Source: Myxococcales bacterium
Lineage (GTDB): Bacteria > Myxococcota_A > Polyangia > Polyangiales > Houyiibacteriaceae
Reading direction: 5' to 3'
NCBI GenBank assembly: GCA_029862185.1
Contig: JAOTXX010000013.1
Location: 408 to 64,407 of the forward strand
DNA length: 64,000 bases
Made by a program: the position numbers and the translations under genes. Under the pieces are notes generated by a model. That model was not told where the DNA came from. It worked only from the letters and a program-made list of their open reading frames with translations, and ran no database searches. Of the stretch, positions 18,243 to 27,303 are shown one piece after another (position 1 is the first letter of the stretch; each line of letters begins with the position of its first letter).

Positions 18243-19192
18243 GACAGCCTCACGCGCGGGTCGACCAGCCCATACGCCAGGTCGACGAACAAGTTCACGC
18301 CGACGTATATCACCGCGATGATCAGCACACAGCCCTGAACCACCGGAATGTCCCGCGCGAAAAACGCGTCGAGAAAGAGCGTCCCAAGTCCGGGTCTCTC
18401 GAAAATCTTCTCGGTCACCACCGTCCCAGAGAGGAGCGCACCGAGCTGAGCCGCACCGATGGTCATGACGGGGAGCAACGCGTTTCGAAGCGCATGCCGG
18501 AGTAACAACGGCACTGAAGGGACACCCCTGGCGCGGGCCGCGGTGATGTATTGCTGGGCGAGCACCTCGATCATCGCGGCGCGCGTCTGCCGCGTCAGCA
18601 CGGCGGCAAGCGCGGTTCCAATCGTGATCGCTGGCAAGATCAAGGCTTCGGGGCCGGCCAAGTCGTCCCCGGGCAGGGGCAGCCAACGAAGCTTGACGCC
18701 AAACGCGAGAATCAGAAGCGGCCCCAGCCAGATGTTCGGGATCGCCAGACCTGCGACCGCGACCGTCGAGGCGATCTTGTCCCAGCCCTTGCCCGCCTGG
18801 GCCGCCGCGATCGTGCCGAGGGGTATCGCAACGAACCAGGCCACGAGCAGCGCGGCGATCGCGAGCACGATCGTATACGGCAGAACGTCGCTCATCATCG
18901 ACCAGACCGAGCGATCGGGCTGCCTGAACGAAGTACCCATACTGCCGTCGGCCATGTTGCCTAGGAACGACAGGTACTGCTCCCCCACTGGCCGGTCGAG
19001 GTCGAGCGCGCGGCGAAGCTCAGCTTTCTCTTCCGGGCCGGCCTGGTCGCCCAGGATCGCTTCGACCGGGTCACCCGGGATCAAGCGCACCAGCAAGAAG
19101 ACAATCGTCACCAGGCCCACGACGGTCAGCAGCGCGCGCAGAAGGCGACCTGCCATATACCGCAAGAGGCCCGGAGACATCATCCGGACCAT
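18239..19192 (-). CDS. ABC transporter permease, DppB/OppB type
   Basis: The N-terminus LLRYMAGRLLRALLTVVGLVTIVFLL and EAA loop QYITAARARGVPSVPLLLRHALRNAL fit this type. Candidate ATG starts are at 19192, 19183 and 19180, so the start is uncertain by about 12 nt. Confidence 0.85.
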   Translation of the reverse strand: MVRMMSPGLLRYMAGRLLRALLTVVGLVTIVFLLVRLIPGDPVEAILGDQAGPEEKAELRRALDLDRPVGEQYLSFLGNMADGSMGTSFRQPDRSVWSMMSDVLPYTIVLAIAALLVAWFVAIPLGTIAAAQAGKGWDKIASTVAVAGLAIPNIWLGPLLILAFGVKLRWLPLPGDDLAGPEALILPAITIGTALAAVLTRQTRAAMIEVLAQQYITAARARGVPSVPLLLRHALRNALLPVMTIGAAQLGALLSGTVVTEKIFERPGLGTLFLDAFFARDIPVVQGCVLIIAVIYVGVNLFVDLAYGLVDPRVRLS

Positions 19193-19235
19193 AGTACGCC
19201 CAATCCGCGTCCGCGTCGGTTTCCTGTCGAGGAGG

Positions 19236-19703
19236 CTACATCCCGGCGTCGAGCCCTGGCTCCGATTGGAGGGAGTCCACCGTGACCCCCGGGGCCAGGG
19301 CGACGCAGATCTTTGCTTCGGCCTTGTAGACGTTGAGGTCGATGATTCGCGCCACCCGTTCCTCGACTGGAAGGCTCTCACTGATGTCGCCGCTTTGCGT
19401 GATTTTCTCCGGCAGCACGCAGCTGTACTCAGAGCGGCGGCAGTCGCGCGAGTTGTCGCAGGTCTTCATGCACCAGGTCTCCGCGGTGCGGCTCGGGATG
19501 AAACGCCACTCGACGCAGGCCCCTTCAGGACAGGTGTCCGCGTCACAGGCAAAGACTGTGCAGTAGCCGCCGGGCTGGGACAGATCGCACTGCAGCTCTC
19601 CGGTCGTCGAGCAATCGATCGAGCTCCCGCAACTGTCGCCGACGTGCATTTTGCAACCGGTTAGCGCGAGAATGGCAAGCAATGAGATCGTGGCGCGTCG
19701 CAT
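19236..19703 (-). CDS. Cysteine-rich lipoprotein, unknown function
   Basis: Start at ATG 19703 gives MRRATISLLAILALTGC, a lipobox (LTGC). The mature part has about 11 further Cys in C-x-D-x-C-like spacings (GDSCGSSIDC, GGYCTVFACDADTCPEGACV, WCMKTCDNSRDC). Confidence 0.6.
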   Translation of the reverse strand: MRRATISLLAILALTGCKMHVGDSCGSSIDCSTTGELQCDLSQPGGYCTVFACDADTCPEGACVEWRFIPSRTAETWCMKTCDNSRDCRRSEYSCVLPEKITQSGDISESLPVEERVARIIDLNVYKAEAKICVALAPGVTVDSLQSEPGLDAGM

Positions 19704-19732
19704 CGTCAGCGGCGGAGCATACGGGACCCTTC

Positions 19733-19751
19733 GAGCGATCGCCAATCGCTC
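19733..19751. promoter_or_regulatory. Inverted repeat in the divergent lipoprotein/slt intergenic region
   Basis: GAGCGAT-CGCCA-ATCGCTC, with 7-bp perfect arms, lies between the divergent starts at 19703 (-) and 19788 (+). Confidence 0.25.
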
Positions 19752-19787
19752 TGCGTCTGCGCAAATGAGTGTTAGATTCCCTCCGGA

Positions 19788-21902
19788 TTGCGACGTTTTT
19801 GGCTCGGGGTGGGATTCGCATTCTTGGTCGGCGCTGGGGCGCTGGCCGAGGACGGACTCGAGCGTGTTGCGTCCTTGGTCCGAACCGGAGACGAGCGCGG
19901 CGCGCTCAGAGAGATCGCGCTTCTACCCGAGCAGCAGAGCGACGAGGACGCCGTGCGCTATCTCGAGGGTCGTCTGCTCCTGGCTGTGGGCCGCTCATGC
20001 GATGCGATGGCCACTCTGGCGCGAACCCCGTCGACCCTTTCCCAGTCGCTTCGGGACGATTCGCTGCACCGATGGGCGACGGCCGCTGCCGAATGCGGAA
20101 ACTGTACCGAAGCCCGACCCCTGCTCCTTCGCGCCAGCTCGCCCAGCGTCGCGACCAGTCGGCGCAATCGCGCCATCGCTGCCACGTGTGCGGTGCAGCT
20201 CGGCGAGCTCGAGACGGCCGCTGAAGAGCTTCATAGCCTCACCAGATCGAAGCGGGGCGTCAGTAACCGAGTCGCTCTTCTTGCGATCTTGTCCGATGTC
20301 TACGTCGAGCTCCAGCGCCCAGACGACGCCCACGAGGCGGCGCTCGACGCTTGGATCTTCGCCGTTGAGCCCGGCCAACAAGCCGCAGCGCGCGAATTGG
20401 AGCAGCGCGCCTCGCCAAGCCTTGCCGACCGAATTGAGCGCGCGGAGGCAATGATCGCTGCGCTGCGCTTCGACAAAGCCGTCCAAGAGCTCGAAGCGAT
20501 CGAGCTCGAAGCAGACTCTGCGCTCGCGGCACGCTGGCACCATGTCTACGGGATGGCGCTATTTCGAACGCGCAACCGTTACCTCGACGCAGCGCGTACG
20601 CTTCACCGGTCGGCGTTGCTCGGCGGCGAGCACGAGATCGAGGATGCGTTCCATTCGGCGCGAGCCCTTTCACGGGCGGATCAAGACGCGCGTGCGATCC
20701 GAGCATACCGGCGTTTTGCCCGACGCTACCCCCGCCACAGGCGCGCGGCCGAGGCTCGCTTCCTCGCGGCGTGGCTCGAGATTAGGCTCGGCCGCGCAAA
20801 CGGGGAGAAGCAGATGGAGCGGCTGGTGCGCGGGACCTCCCAAGTACGCGGCCGATGGCGTCGCGCCGCGCTCTGGGAGCTTGGTTTTCGCGCCTTTGAA
20901 ACGCGACGATACGCTCGGGCCGCCCGATTTCTCAGCCAGTACACGCCGCTCGCGACCAACGCGATGGATGAGGCGCGCGGCTTCTATTGGCTCGGCCGAG
21001 CATACCGTCGTGGCCCGAAAGCGATCGATGCCTACCGAGAGGCGATCGCGGTGGAGCCCTTGCATTGGTATGCGGTCTTGGCCGCCGCGCGAATCAAGAA
21101 ACTCAAAGTCGAGCCCCCGAAGCCGTTTGAGAACGCGGTCTCTCCGGTCTCGGTCGAAGTTCCCAGCGAGCCGCTTCCGCTGCCTCAGACCTTCGAGGTC
21201 TATCGCAGCCTCGGCCTCGACCTCGACGGGATCGCCTGGCTGAAAGCGCACGAGAACGCGCTCGTGGCAGACCAGCCCAGGTCACAGCGCATTCCGTTGT
21301 TGACCGGGCTGTATCGCGATGCGGGTGCATATCGAGAGGCGCTCGTCGTCGCACGTCGGCGCATGGTCTATCTCCAAAGCGACCCGTCCGAGCATCGCTG
21401 GTGGTGGGATGCTGCATACCCCATGCCTTGGCGGTCTATCGTCGATGAGCATCGCGGAGAGCTGCCGCGCGCACTCATCTACGCGACGATGCGTCAGGAA
21501 AGCGGGTTCCGTCCGGAGGTCGTCAGCCGGGCTGGTGCCGTTGGGCTGATGCAGATGATGCCGGAGCTGGCAAGCAAGCTAATCGGCAAGGTGGTCACGC
21601 GGCCGATGCTTCGCGTTCCGGAGACGAACATCGCCCTCGGGCTCGAAGAGATGGCCGCGCTCGCGGCAGAATTCGATCAGGTGTATCCGCTGAGCATCGC
21701 GGCCTACAATGCAGGCAAGAGTCGAGTGAAACGCTGGCTCAAGGAAAGCCGAAGGATGGAGCTCGATCGATTCGTCGAGCGCATCCCTTTCAACGAAACG
21801 CGTAACTACGTACGTCGCGTCAGCACGCACTACGCCCGCTACGCGTACCTGGACGACCCGGAGTCAGGTTGGCCCGAGCTGCCCGCCTTCGTTAACCCCT
21901 GA
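19788..21902 (+). CDS. slt: Soluble lytic murein transglycosylase (Slt70-like: superhelical N-domain plus SLT domain)
   Basis: Has a signal peptide, a long Ala/Arg-rich helical repeat region, and a C-terminal SLT domain with the catalytic MRQESGF, GLMQMMPE and AAYNAG motifs. TTG start as given in the track. Confidence 0.85.
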   Translation: MRRFWLGVGFAFLVGAGALAEDGLERVASLVRTGDERGALREIALLPEQQSDEDAVRYLEGRLLLAVGRSCDAMATLARTPSTLSQSLRDDSLHRWATAAAECGNCTEARPLLLRASSPSVATSRRNRAIAATCAVQLGELETAAEELHSLTRSKRGVSNRVALLAILSDVYVELQRPDDAHEAALDAWIFAVEPGQQAAARELEQRASPSLADRIERAEAMIAALRFDKAVQELEAIELEADSALAARWHHVYGMALFRTRNRYLDAARTLHRSALLGGEHEIEDAFHSARALSRADQDARAIRAYRRFARRYPRHRRAAEARFLAAWLEIRLGRANGEKQMERLVRGTSQVRGRWRRAALWELGFRAFETRRYARAARFLSQYTPLATNAMDEARGFYWLGRAYRRGPKAIDAYREAIAVEPLHWYAVLAAARIKKLKVEPPKPFENAVSPVSVEVPSEPLPLPQTFEVYRSLGLDLDGIAWLKAHENALVADQPRSQRIPLLTGLYRDAGAYREALVVARRRMVYLQSDPSEHRWWWDAAYPMPWRSIVDEHRGELPRALIYATMRQESGFRPEVVSRAGAVGLMQMMPELASKLIGKVVTRPMLRVPETNIALGLEEMAALAAEFDQVYPLSIAAYNAGKSRVKRWLKESRRMELDRFVERIPFNETRNYVRRVSTHYARYAYLDDPESGWPELPAFVNP

Positions 21903-22012
21903 TTTGCGACGCTTCCCTCGTTCGATAGACTGTTTTCAACGATTTGGGTTGCCCGGGATGGGGTCGAAGGCCAATAGATGGTCGGACTTTCTCTCCGGGC
22001 CTGAGAACACGG

Positions 22013-22786
22013 ATGAACTTCACAGCTGCAGGGCTCTCTGACGTCGGACTTCAGCGAGAGCACAATGAAGATAGCTATTGCATCTTGTCGGAGCATCGCC
22101 TGTTCGTGGTTGCCGATGGCATGGGCGGCCACCGCGCCGGCGACGTCGCGAGCCGCATGGCGACCTCGGAGATGACCGCCTACTTCGACGCAGCCAACGC
22201 GGATGGTGCGGGCGTCGAATGGCCAAGCAAGAACGACCCAAGAATGACGCCCGACCAAAGCCGCCTCGTGTCGGCGGTGAAGCTCGCCAACGAGCGAATC
22301 TTTCAAACGTCGATTCGCAACCGTTCGGTCCAAGGCATGGGTACCACGGTCGTCGGTGCATTGTTCAACCGGGATGAGGGGAAGATCAACTTCGCCCACG
22401 TCGGGGACAGCAGGGCCTATCGTGTCCGTGCGGACGACATCACTCAGCTCACGCGCGATCATTCCCTCTTGAATGACTACCTGCTCGTCATGCCAAACCT
22501 GTCGGATGCGCAAAAAGAGCGACTGCCGAGCAATGTCATCACGCGCGCGCTCGGCATGCAGCAAGCGGTCGCGGTCGATGTGTCCGCGGCGGATGTCGAG
22601 CCAGGGGATGTGTACCTGCTCTGCTCCGATGGCCTCAACGGGATGGTGGGGGACCAGCGCATTCGCGAAATCATCCACGACGCCGGCCCGGACGTGGAAA
22701 CCGCTGCCAAAACCCTGGTCTCGCAAGCCAATCAAAACGGGGGCGAAGACAACATCACTGTCGTCGTCGTCCGAATATCCGAATAA
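22013..22786 (+). CDS. PP2C-family Ser/Thr protein phosphatase
   Basis: Start taken at ATG 22013 (MNFTAAGLSDVGLQREHNEDSY). Motifs VADGMGGH, LCSDGLNGMV and GGEDNITVVVV are present. Confidence 0.9.
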   Translation: MNFTAAGLSDVGLQREHNEDSYCILSEHRLFVVADGMGGHRAGDVASRMATSEMTAYFDAANADGAGVEWPSKNDPRMTPDQSRLVSAVKLANERIFQTSIRNRSVQGMGTTVVGALFNRDEGKINFAHVGDSRAYRVRADDITQLTRDHSLLNDYLLVMPNLSDAQKERLPSNVITRALGMQQAVAVDVSAADVEPGDVYLLCSDGLNGMVGDQRIREIIHDAGPDVETAAKTLVSQANQNGGEDNITVVVVRISE

Positions 22787-22788
22787 TC

Positions 22789-23283
22789 ATGCCCAAAAAT
22801 CTAGCGATTCGGCAATTGCTCGACTGCTCCGAACCGGAGTTCTGGGAGCGAATCTTCCGCTGCGAAAAGTTCAACCAGTACCTGTATGACCGGCTCGGCT
22901 TCGAGTACGAGCTCGAGGAATGGAATCCTCAGACCGGCTACCGGCGCGCCAAGGTCTGGCCGGCGCAGAAGATGCCACGCGCGGTCGAAAAAGTCCTGGG
23001 CGATCGCTTCAGCTACATCGAAGAGGGTGACTTCGATTCCTTGGCCGGGAACTACCGGTTCGTCGTCATTCCCTCGACCATCCCCGACCGAATTCGAGTC
23101 AAAGGGACGGTGAGCATCGAAGCAATCTCGGCGCATCAGTGCGAGCGCCGGGTGACGCTTGAAATCGGTGCGGACGTCCTCGGTTTGGGCCGTCTGATCG
23201 AAACGTATTTCGCGGCGACGACTCGTGCACAGTATGCGAGAAACGCGGCGCTCGTGAACGATTACTTAGCCAGCGTGCGCTAG
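22789..23283 (+). CDS. Hypothetical protein, possibly SRPBCC/DUF2505-like
   Basis: 164 aa with good coding character and no catalytic motif that I recognise. It starts 3 nt after the PP2C stop, and its stop shares the tetranucleotide CTAG with the convergent ggt stop. Confidence 0.5.
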   Translation: MPKNLAIRQLLDCSEPEFWERIFRCEKFNQYLYDRLGFEYELEEWNPQTGYRRAKVWPAQKMPRAVEKVLGDRFSYIEEGDFDSLAGNYRFVVIPSTIPDRIRVKGTVSIEAISAHQCERRVTLEIGADVLGLGRLIETYFAATTRAQYARNAALVNDYLASVR

Positions 23284-24989
23284 CGGCCGGCTGGGCGTCC
23301 ACCTTTGCGGGGATCGCTGGCGGCTTGGCGCTTACGCTCCGCGGACTGCTCGATGTAGATCAATTGCACGTTCGCGACGTTGTGAATCGGCTCGACCCGA
23401 TGACCGAGAGCGTCGAGGGCGTCTTGGAGCGACGAGTCCAGCGGAGCGACTTTTTCTACGCGAAGCGTTTCAGGCAGTCCCTGGTGGTGAATACGAGGCG
23501 CTGCCACGGCGTCTGCGGCGCTCATGCCGTGAAGCAAGACGTTCATCGCTACCTGCTGCGCTGCGGTCACGATGCGGCTTCCCCCGGACGCGCCCACGCA
23601 CAGGACGGGCTTTCCTTCGTCGAACACGATCGTCGGGGACATCGTCGATACCGGACGCTTCCAGGGCCCCGGTAGGTTTCGGGCGCCGCCTACGAGGCCA
23701 AAGGCATTGGTCTCGCCGATGCCGCTGGCAAAGTCGTCCATTTCGTCGTTCATGACGATGCCTCCGCCCGTGAAGCGGGCTCCAAAGGGAAGGTTCACCG
23801 TCGTCGTGACCGAGGCCACGTTTCCTTCGGCGTCGACGACGCAAAGGTGAGAGGTCCCCGCGTTGTCAGGTGTAGCGACCCGGGCCCCGGTCCATTCGAT
23901 CGGCAGGTCGTAGTCCGCACTCGGATGGGCCTTGCCGTCCGCGACGAGCTTGGCGCGCGCGTCGATCCGGGAAGCATCCATCATTTTGTCGAGTGGCAAG
24001 ATCACCTGGTCCGGGTCACCGAAATAGCGCTGCCGATCGAGAAAGGGCCCCTTCCAGGACTCGGCCATCGCATGCAGCAGCGGAGCGCCGTAGCTCGGTC
24101 TCGGTCCGACGGCCTGCTCGAGAATGGAGAGGCTTTGGATCATGGTGAATCCGCCGGCGCTCGGCGGAGGCGCCGTGACCCAGCGGTACCCGAAGGCGTT
24201 GGTCTCGAGCGGCTCCCGCGTCCGAACCCGGTAGGCGCGCAGATCCTGCAGCGTCATGATGCCGCCATGTTCTTGAACCGAAGCGGCGATCTCCTGACCG
24301 ATGACCCCGCCATAGATTACCGCCGCACCCTTTTCGGCAAAGGCGCGGAGCACACGGGCCAAGCTCGGACGGCGCAAGGTCGTGCCCGCTCGCAGATCCC
24401 ATGCCGCCATGACGGGGTCCTTGCTCAATTGAATCTCGAATGCGCTTCCCATCGCGGCGAGCGCCTTGCTCACCTCGAAGCCCTGCTCGGCAAGGCGAAG
24501 GGCGGGTGCGATGACCTCGCGCAGCGAGAGCTTCCCGAATTGTTGGACCAGGGCCTCGATGCCGGCCGGCTCTCCCGGAACCCCTGCGGCGAGGCCGCCC
24601 AGCTGTGACGGAGAGCTCGCAGGGCCTTCGGCATCTCCGTTTTCGACCTCGAACATCGTCCGGCTCGCGGCACGGGGCGCACGCTCGCGGAAGTCGAGGA
24701 AAGTCAGCGAATGGTCGCTTGCGCGGTAGTAAAGGGCGAACCCGCCACCGCCAAGGCCGCTGCTCGCGGGATTGACCGCACCGAGGGCGAGCATGGTCGC
24801 GGCGGCGGCGTCTGCGGCGTTTCCGCCCTCCAATAGGATCTCGGCGCCCGCCTTCGACGCTTCGGCATGATCGGCCGCAACCGCTTCACGGCTGAAAACA
24901 GCGGCGTGTTCGGTTGGGAAGCCGACGGTGAGGCCGGTGATCAGGAACGCCGAAACCCAGAAAAGCAACTTCGAAAGCCGACGTTTCAT
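23280..24989 (-). CDS. ggt: Gamma-glutamyltranspeptidase
   Basis: 569 aa with a signal or anchor sequence. The autoprocessing and nucleophile motif AGTSHLCVVD is present, along with GASGGSRI and the small-subunit region MNDEMDDF. Confidence 0.92.
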   Translation of the reverse strand: MKRRLSKLLFWVSAFLITGLTVGFPTEHAAVFSREAVAADHAEASKAGAEILLEGGNAADAAAATMLALGAVNPASSGLGGGGFALYYRASDHSLTFLDFRERAPRAASRTMFEVENGDAEGPASSPSQLGGLAAGVPGEPAGIEALVQQFGKLSLREVIAPALRLAEQGFEVSKALAAMGSAFEIQLSKDPVMAAWDLRAGTTLRRPSLARVLRAFAEKGAAVIYGGVIGQEIAASVQEHGGIMTLQDLRAYRVRTREPLETNAFGYRWVTAPPPSAGGFTMIQSLSILEQAVGPRPSYGAPLLHAMAESWKGPFLDRQRYFGDPDQVILPLDKMMDASRIDARAKLVADGKAHPSADYDLPIEWTGARVATPDNAGTSHLCVVDAEGNVASVTTTVNLPFGARFTGGGIVMNDEMDDFASGIGETNAFGLVGGARNLPGPWKRPVSTMSPTIVFDEGKPVLCVGASGGSRIVTAAQQVAMNVLLHGMSAADAVAAPRIHHQGLPETLRVEKVAPLDSSLQDALDALGHRVEPIHNVANVQLIYIEQSAERKRQAASDPRKGGRPAGR

Positions 24990-25037
24990 CGTTCCCAGCT
25001 TGCCTCCAAACCAGCGCAGATGCTACCGCAGACTCTC

Positions 25038-25991
25038 ATGCATTTCGTCTTCGTGATGGACCCGGTGTCGACGGTCATCGTCGATGAAGACACCAGCTTT
25101 GCCCTGATGCTCGAGGCGCAGGCGCGGGGCCATCGTGTCGATCACTGCTTGGCTCGCGACGTGGGGCTGCGGGGTCGTCGAGTCGTAGCTAGGGTTCGTC
25201 GGGCGACGATGGTGCTCGAGGCGGGTGAACCGATCCGCTTGGACCAACCAGACGACATCGACTTGGTGGATGTCGATGCTGTGTTCATCCGGAAAGATCC
25301 ACCGTTCACCGATGCCTACCTCTGGTTGACGCTGGTCCTCGATCACCTCGAGGGCACGACCCTGGTGGTCAACGATCCGCGAGGCCTTCGCGAAGCGAAC
25401 GAGAAGCTCTACGCGCACCACTTCCCGGAGATCGTCCCGGCGACGATCATGACGAGCCACAAAGACGAGATCCTTCGGTTCCTCAGTGACATCGGCGGTA
25501 AGGCCGTGATCAAACCGATCGACGGTCACGGCGGCGAAGGGGTGTTTCTGTTGAGCCAGGGAGACAGCAATCTCAACGGCCTGATCGAATCGGTGACCCA
25601 TTTAGGCTCGCGAAACGCGATCGTACAGGCCTTGATTCCAGAGGTGTACGACGAAGGGGACAAGCGAATTCTCCTCGTCGATGGCGAGCTGCTCGGTGTC
25701 GTCGGACGCGTTCCAAGCAAAGGGGACCTCCGGAGCAACGTGCACGTCGGAGGGTCGGCTGCACCCGCTGAGCTCAGTGACGCCGATCGAAAAATCATCG
25801 AAACGATCGCGCCGCGCCTGCTCGCCGATCGGCTCTTCTTCGTTGGCCTCGACGTGATCGGCGGCAAGCTAATCGAGGTGAACGTGACCAGCCCGACGCT
25901 GCTGCAACAGATGGCACGGCTCATCGAGGAGAACCTTTCCGCGGTCGTCATCGACCGACTCGAAGAGAAGGCCCGCTCGTACCCGAGCTGA
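25038..25991 (+). CDS. gshB: Glutathione synthetase (prokaryotic ATP-grasp type)
   Basis: Start taken at ATG 25038 (MHFVFVMDPVSTVIVDEDTSFALMLEAQARGH). ATP-grasp motifs VIKPIDGHGGEGVF and LIEVNVTSP are present. Length of 317 aa is typical. Confidence 0.9.
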   Translation: MHFVFVMDPVSTVIVDEDTSFALMLEAQARGHRVDHCLARDVGLRGRRVVARVRRATMVLEAGEPIRLDQPDDIDLVDVDAVFIRKDPPFTDAYLWLTLVLDHLEGTTLVVNDPRGLREANEKLYAHHFPEIVPATIMTSHKDEILRFLSDIGGKAVIKPIDGHGGEGVFLLSQGDSNLNGLIESVTHLGSRNAIVQALIPEVYDEGDKRILLVDGELLGVVGRVPSKGDLRSNVHVGGSAAPAELSDADRKIIETIAPRLLADRLFFVGLDVIGGKLIEVNVTSPTLLQQMARLIEENLSAVVIDRLEEKARSYPS

Positions 25992-26000
25992 GGTTCTGGC

Positions 26001-26354
26001 TCAGCTGGAGGCAATGCGCATCGCTGCCGAAGCTCCCGCGCCAGCGACTGCCCCGACCGCGACCGCCACGATGAGTGCGACCAAGGGGCTCATCAGGTCG
26101 AGCCCATCGAGAATGAGCCCGGTCATGCCGAAGAACGAAACGAAGAAGGTCCAGAACCTACGCGAACGCACGGTTCGCGCGAAGTAGTCGCCACCGGCCA
26201 CGCCGTCGAGCTGCCCGAACTGACTTGCACGCGTCGTGTCGTCATGGGCACGCGTCTGGTCGTCGGCATCGACGCGTTTCTCGCCGAGGAAGAGCGACGC
26301 GCCAAGCAGTACGGCTCCAAGCACGAGCGACAGGATATAGAGATTGATCAGCAT
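26001..26354 (-). CDS. Small membrane protein, unknown function
   Basis: 117 aa with an N-terminal TM (ILSLVLGAVLLGASLFL), an acidic loop, and two C-terminal TM helices. It lies 16 nt downstream of the phosphomevalonate kinase gene on the same strand. Confidence 0.5.
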   Translation of the reverse strand: MLINLYILSLVLGAVLLGASLFLGEKRVDADDQTRAHDDTTRASQFGQLDGVAGGDYFARTVRSRRFWTFFVSFFGMTGLILDGLDLMSPLVALIVAVAVGAVAGAGASAAMRIASS

Positions 26355-26370
26355 CTAGAGCTTCCTCCCG

Positions 26371-27303
26371 TCAACAGGCCCGCACGCCGCTTGCAGCCCA
26401 AGAGACGTCGATAGGATGCAACCCTTCGTCTTTGCAGGCTAGCTCAAAGCTCTTGGCCGCATCCAGCTCGATGAAGAATGCGACCGCGACGTCTCCGCCG
26501 CCTGCACCGCACGGCTTTGCGCTCCCAGAAAACCCTGCTGCAAGCGCCGCCGTGCGCTCGAGCCGCACTTCGAGGATCGGAGCCCCAGCTGCGTCGCCCA
26601 GCGCTTTCATGGCCTCGCAGTACGCCGCGGCCTCCGCGACGACGCTCGTCGCGTTTCCAGCCTCGAAGGCGGATGCGAAACGCGCAGAGAGCTCGACCAG
26701 CCGCTCCATGCAAGCTCGGTACCGACTGGCGTCGTTGCGCCGAAGTGCCTTCACCTGTTTCACGAGCTCACTGGTCCGCGCGGCCTGACCGGTCCAGATC
26801 AAGCGGATGTGCAGCTCCTTCGGGCGCTCGAGCGCGCGCGTGTCCACCCGATCGTCCTTGCGCTCGAAGCGCAGAAGACCTCCGAAGGTCGAGGCTGCAA
26901 CGTCGACGCCGCTGCCCTGCGGCGCGATGGACGCATGGCCTTCGAATGCACAGGCGAAAAGTCGCTCCAAGGTGCCCCGATCCGCGAGGTCTTGTCCGTG
27001 GGAGGCGAATACGGCGCCGGCTGCTGCGGTCGCGGCAGCAGCGGATGAGCCGAGGCCGAGCTTGATCCGATCCTGATGCAGCTCCCTCGCGTCCACATGG
27101 AGCGACCGACCGACCGGTCCGAGCTCGGCCTGAGCCCGGCGAAGCGTGGCCTCGACCTCCGGGGACATCGTTTCGTGCTCGTCCCTCCAATCGACCCTCA
27201 CGCGTCGATCGACTGCCGCAACGACCGCCGGCGCGCCTTCGAGCACCGCGTACTCACCACAAAGGAGCGCCTTACCAGGGGCGCTGGCGCCCGTCGGCGT
27301 CAC
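26371..27303 (-). CDS. Phosphomevalonate kinase (GHMP kinase family)
   Basis: APGKALLCGEYAVLEG and the GHMP motif KLGLGSSAAA are present. Start taken at GTG 27303, which forms a GTGA overlap with the mvaD stop. Confidence 0.8.
   Translation of the reverse strand: MTPTGASAPGKALLCGEYAVLEGAPAVVAAVDRRVRVDWRDEHETMSPEVEATLRRAQAELGPVGRSLHVDARELHQDRIKLGLGSSAAAATAAAGAVFASHGQDLADRGTLERLFACAFEGHASIAPQGSGVDVAASTFGGLLRFERKDDRVDTRALERPKELHIRLIWTGQAARTSELVKQVKALRRNDASRYRACMERLVELSARFASAFEAGNATSVVAEAAAYCEAMKALGDAAGAPILEVRLERTAALAAGFSGSAKPCGAGGGDVAVAFFIELDAAKSFELACKDEGLHPIDVSWAASGVRAC

Noticed and set aside
21839-22735. 298-aa minus-strand ORF.
   Set aside because: It is fully antisense to the PP2C phosphatase gene, which has canonical motifs, and it has no motif of its own. 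I treat it as a shadow ORF.
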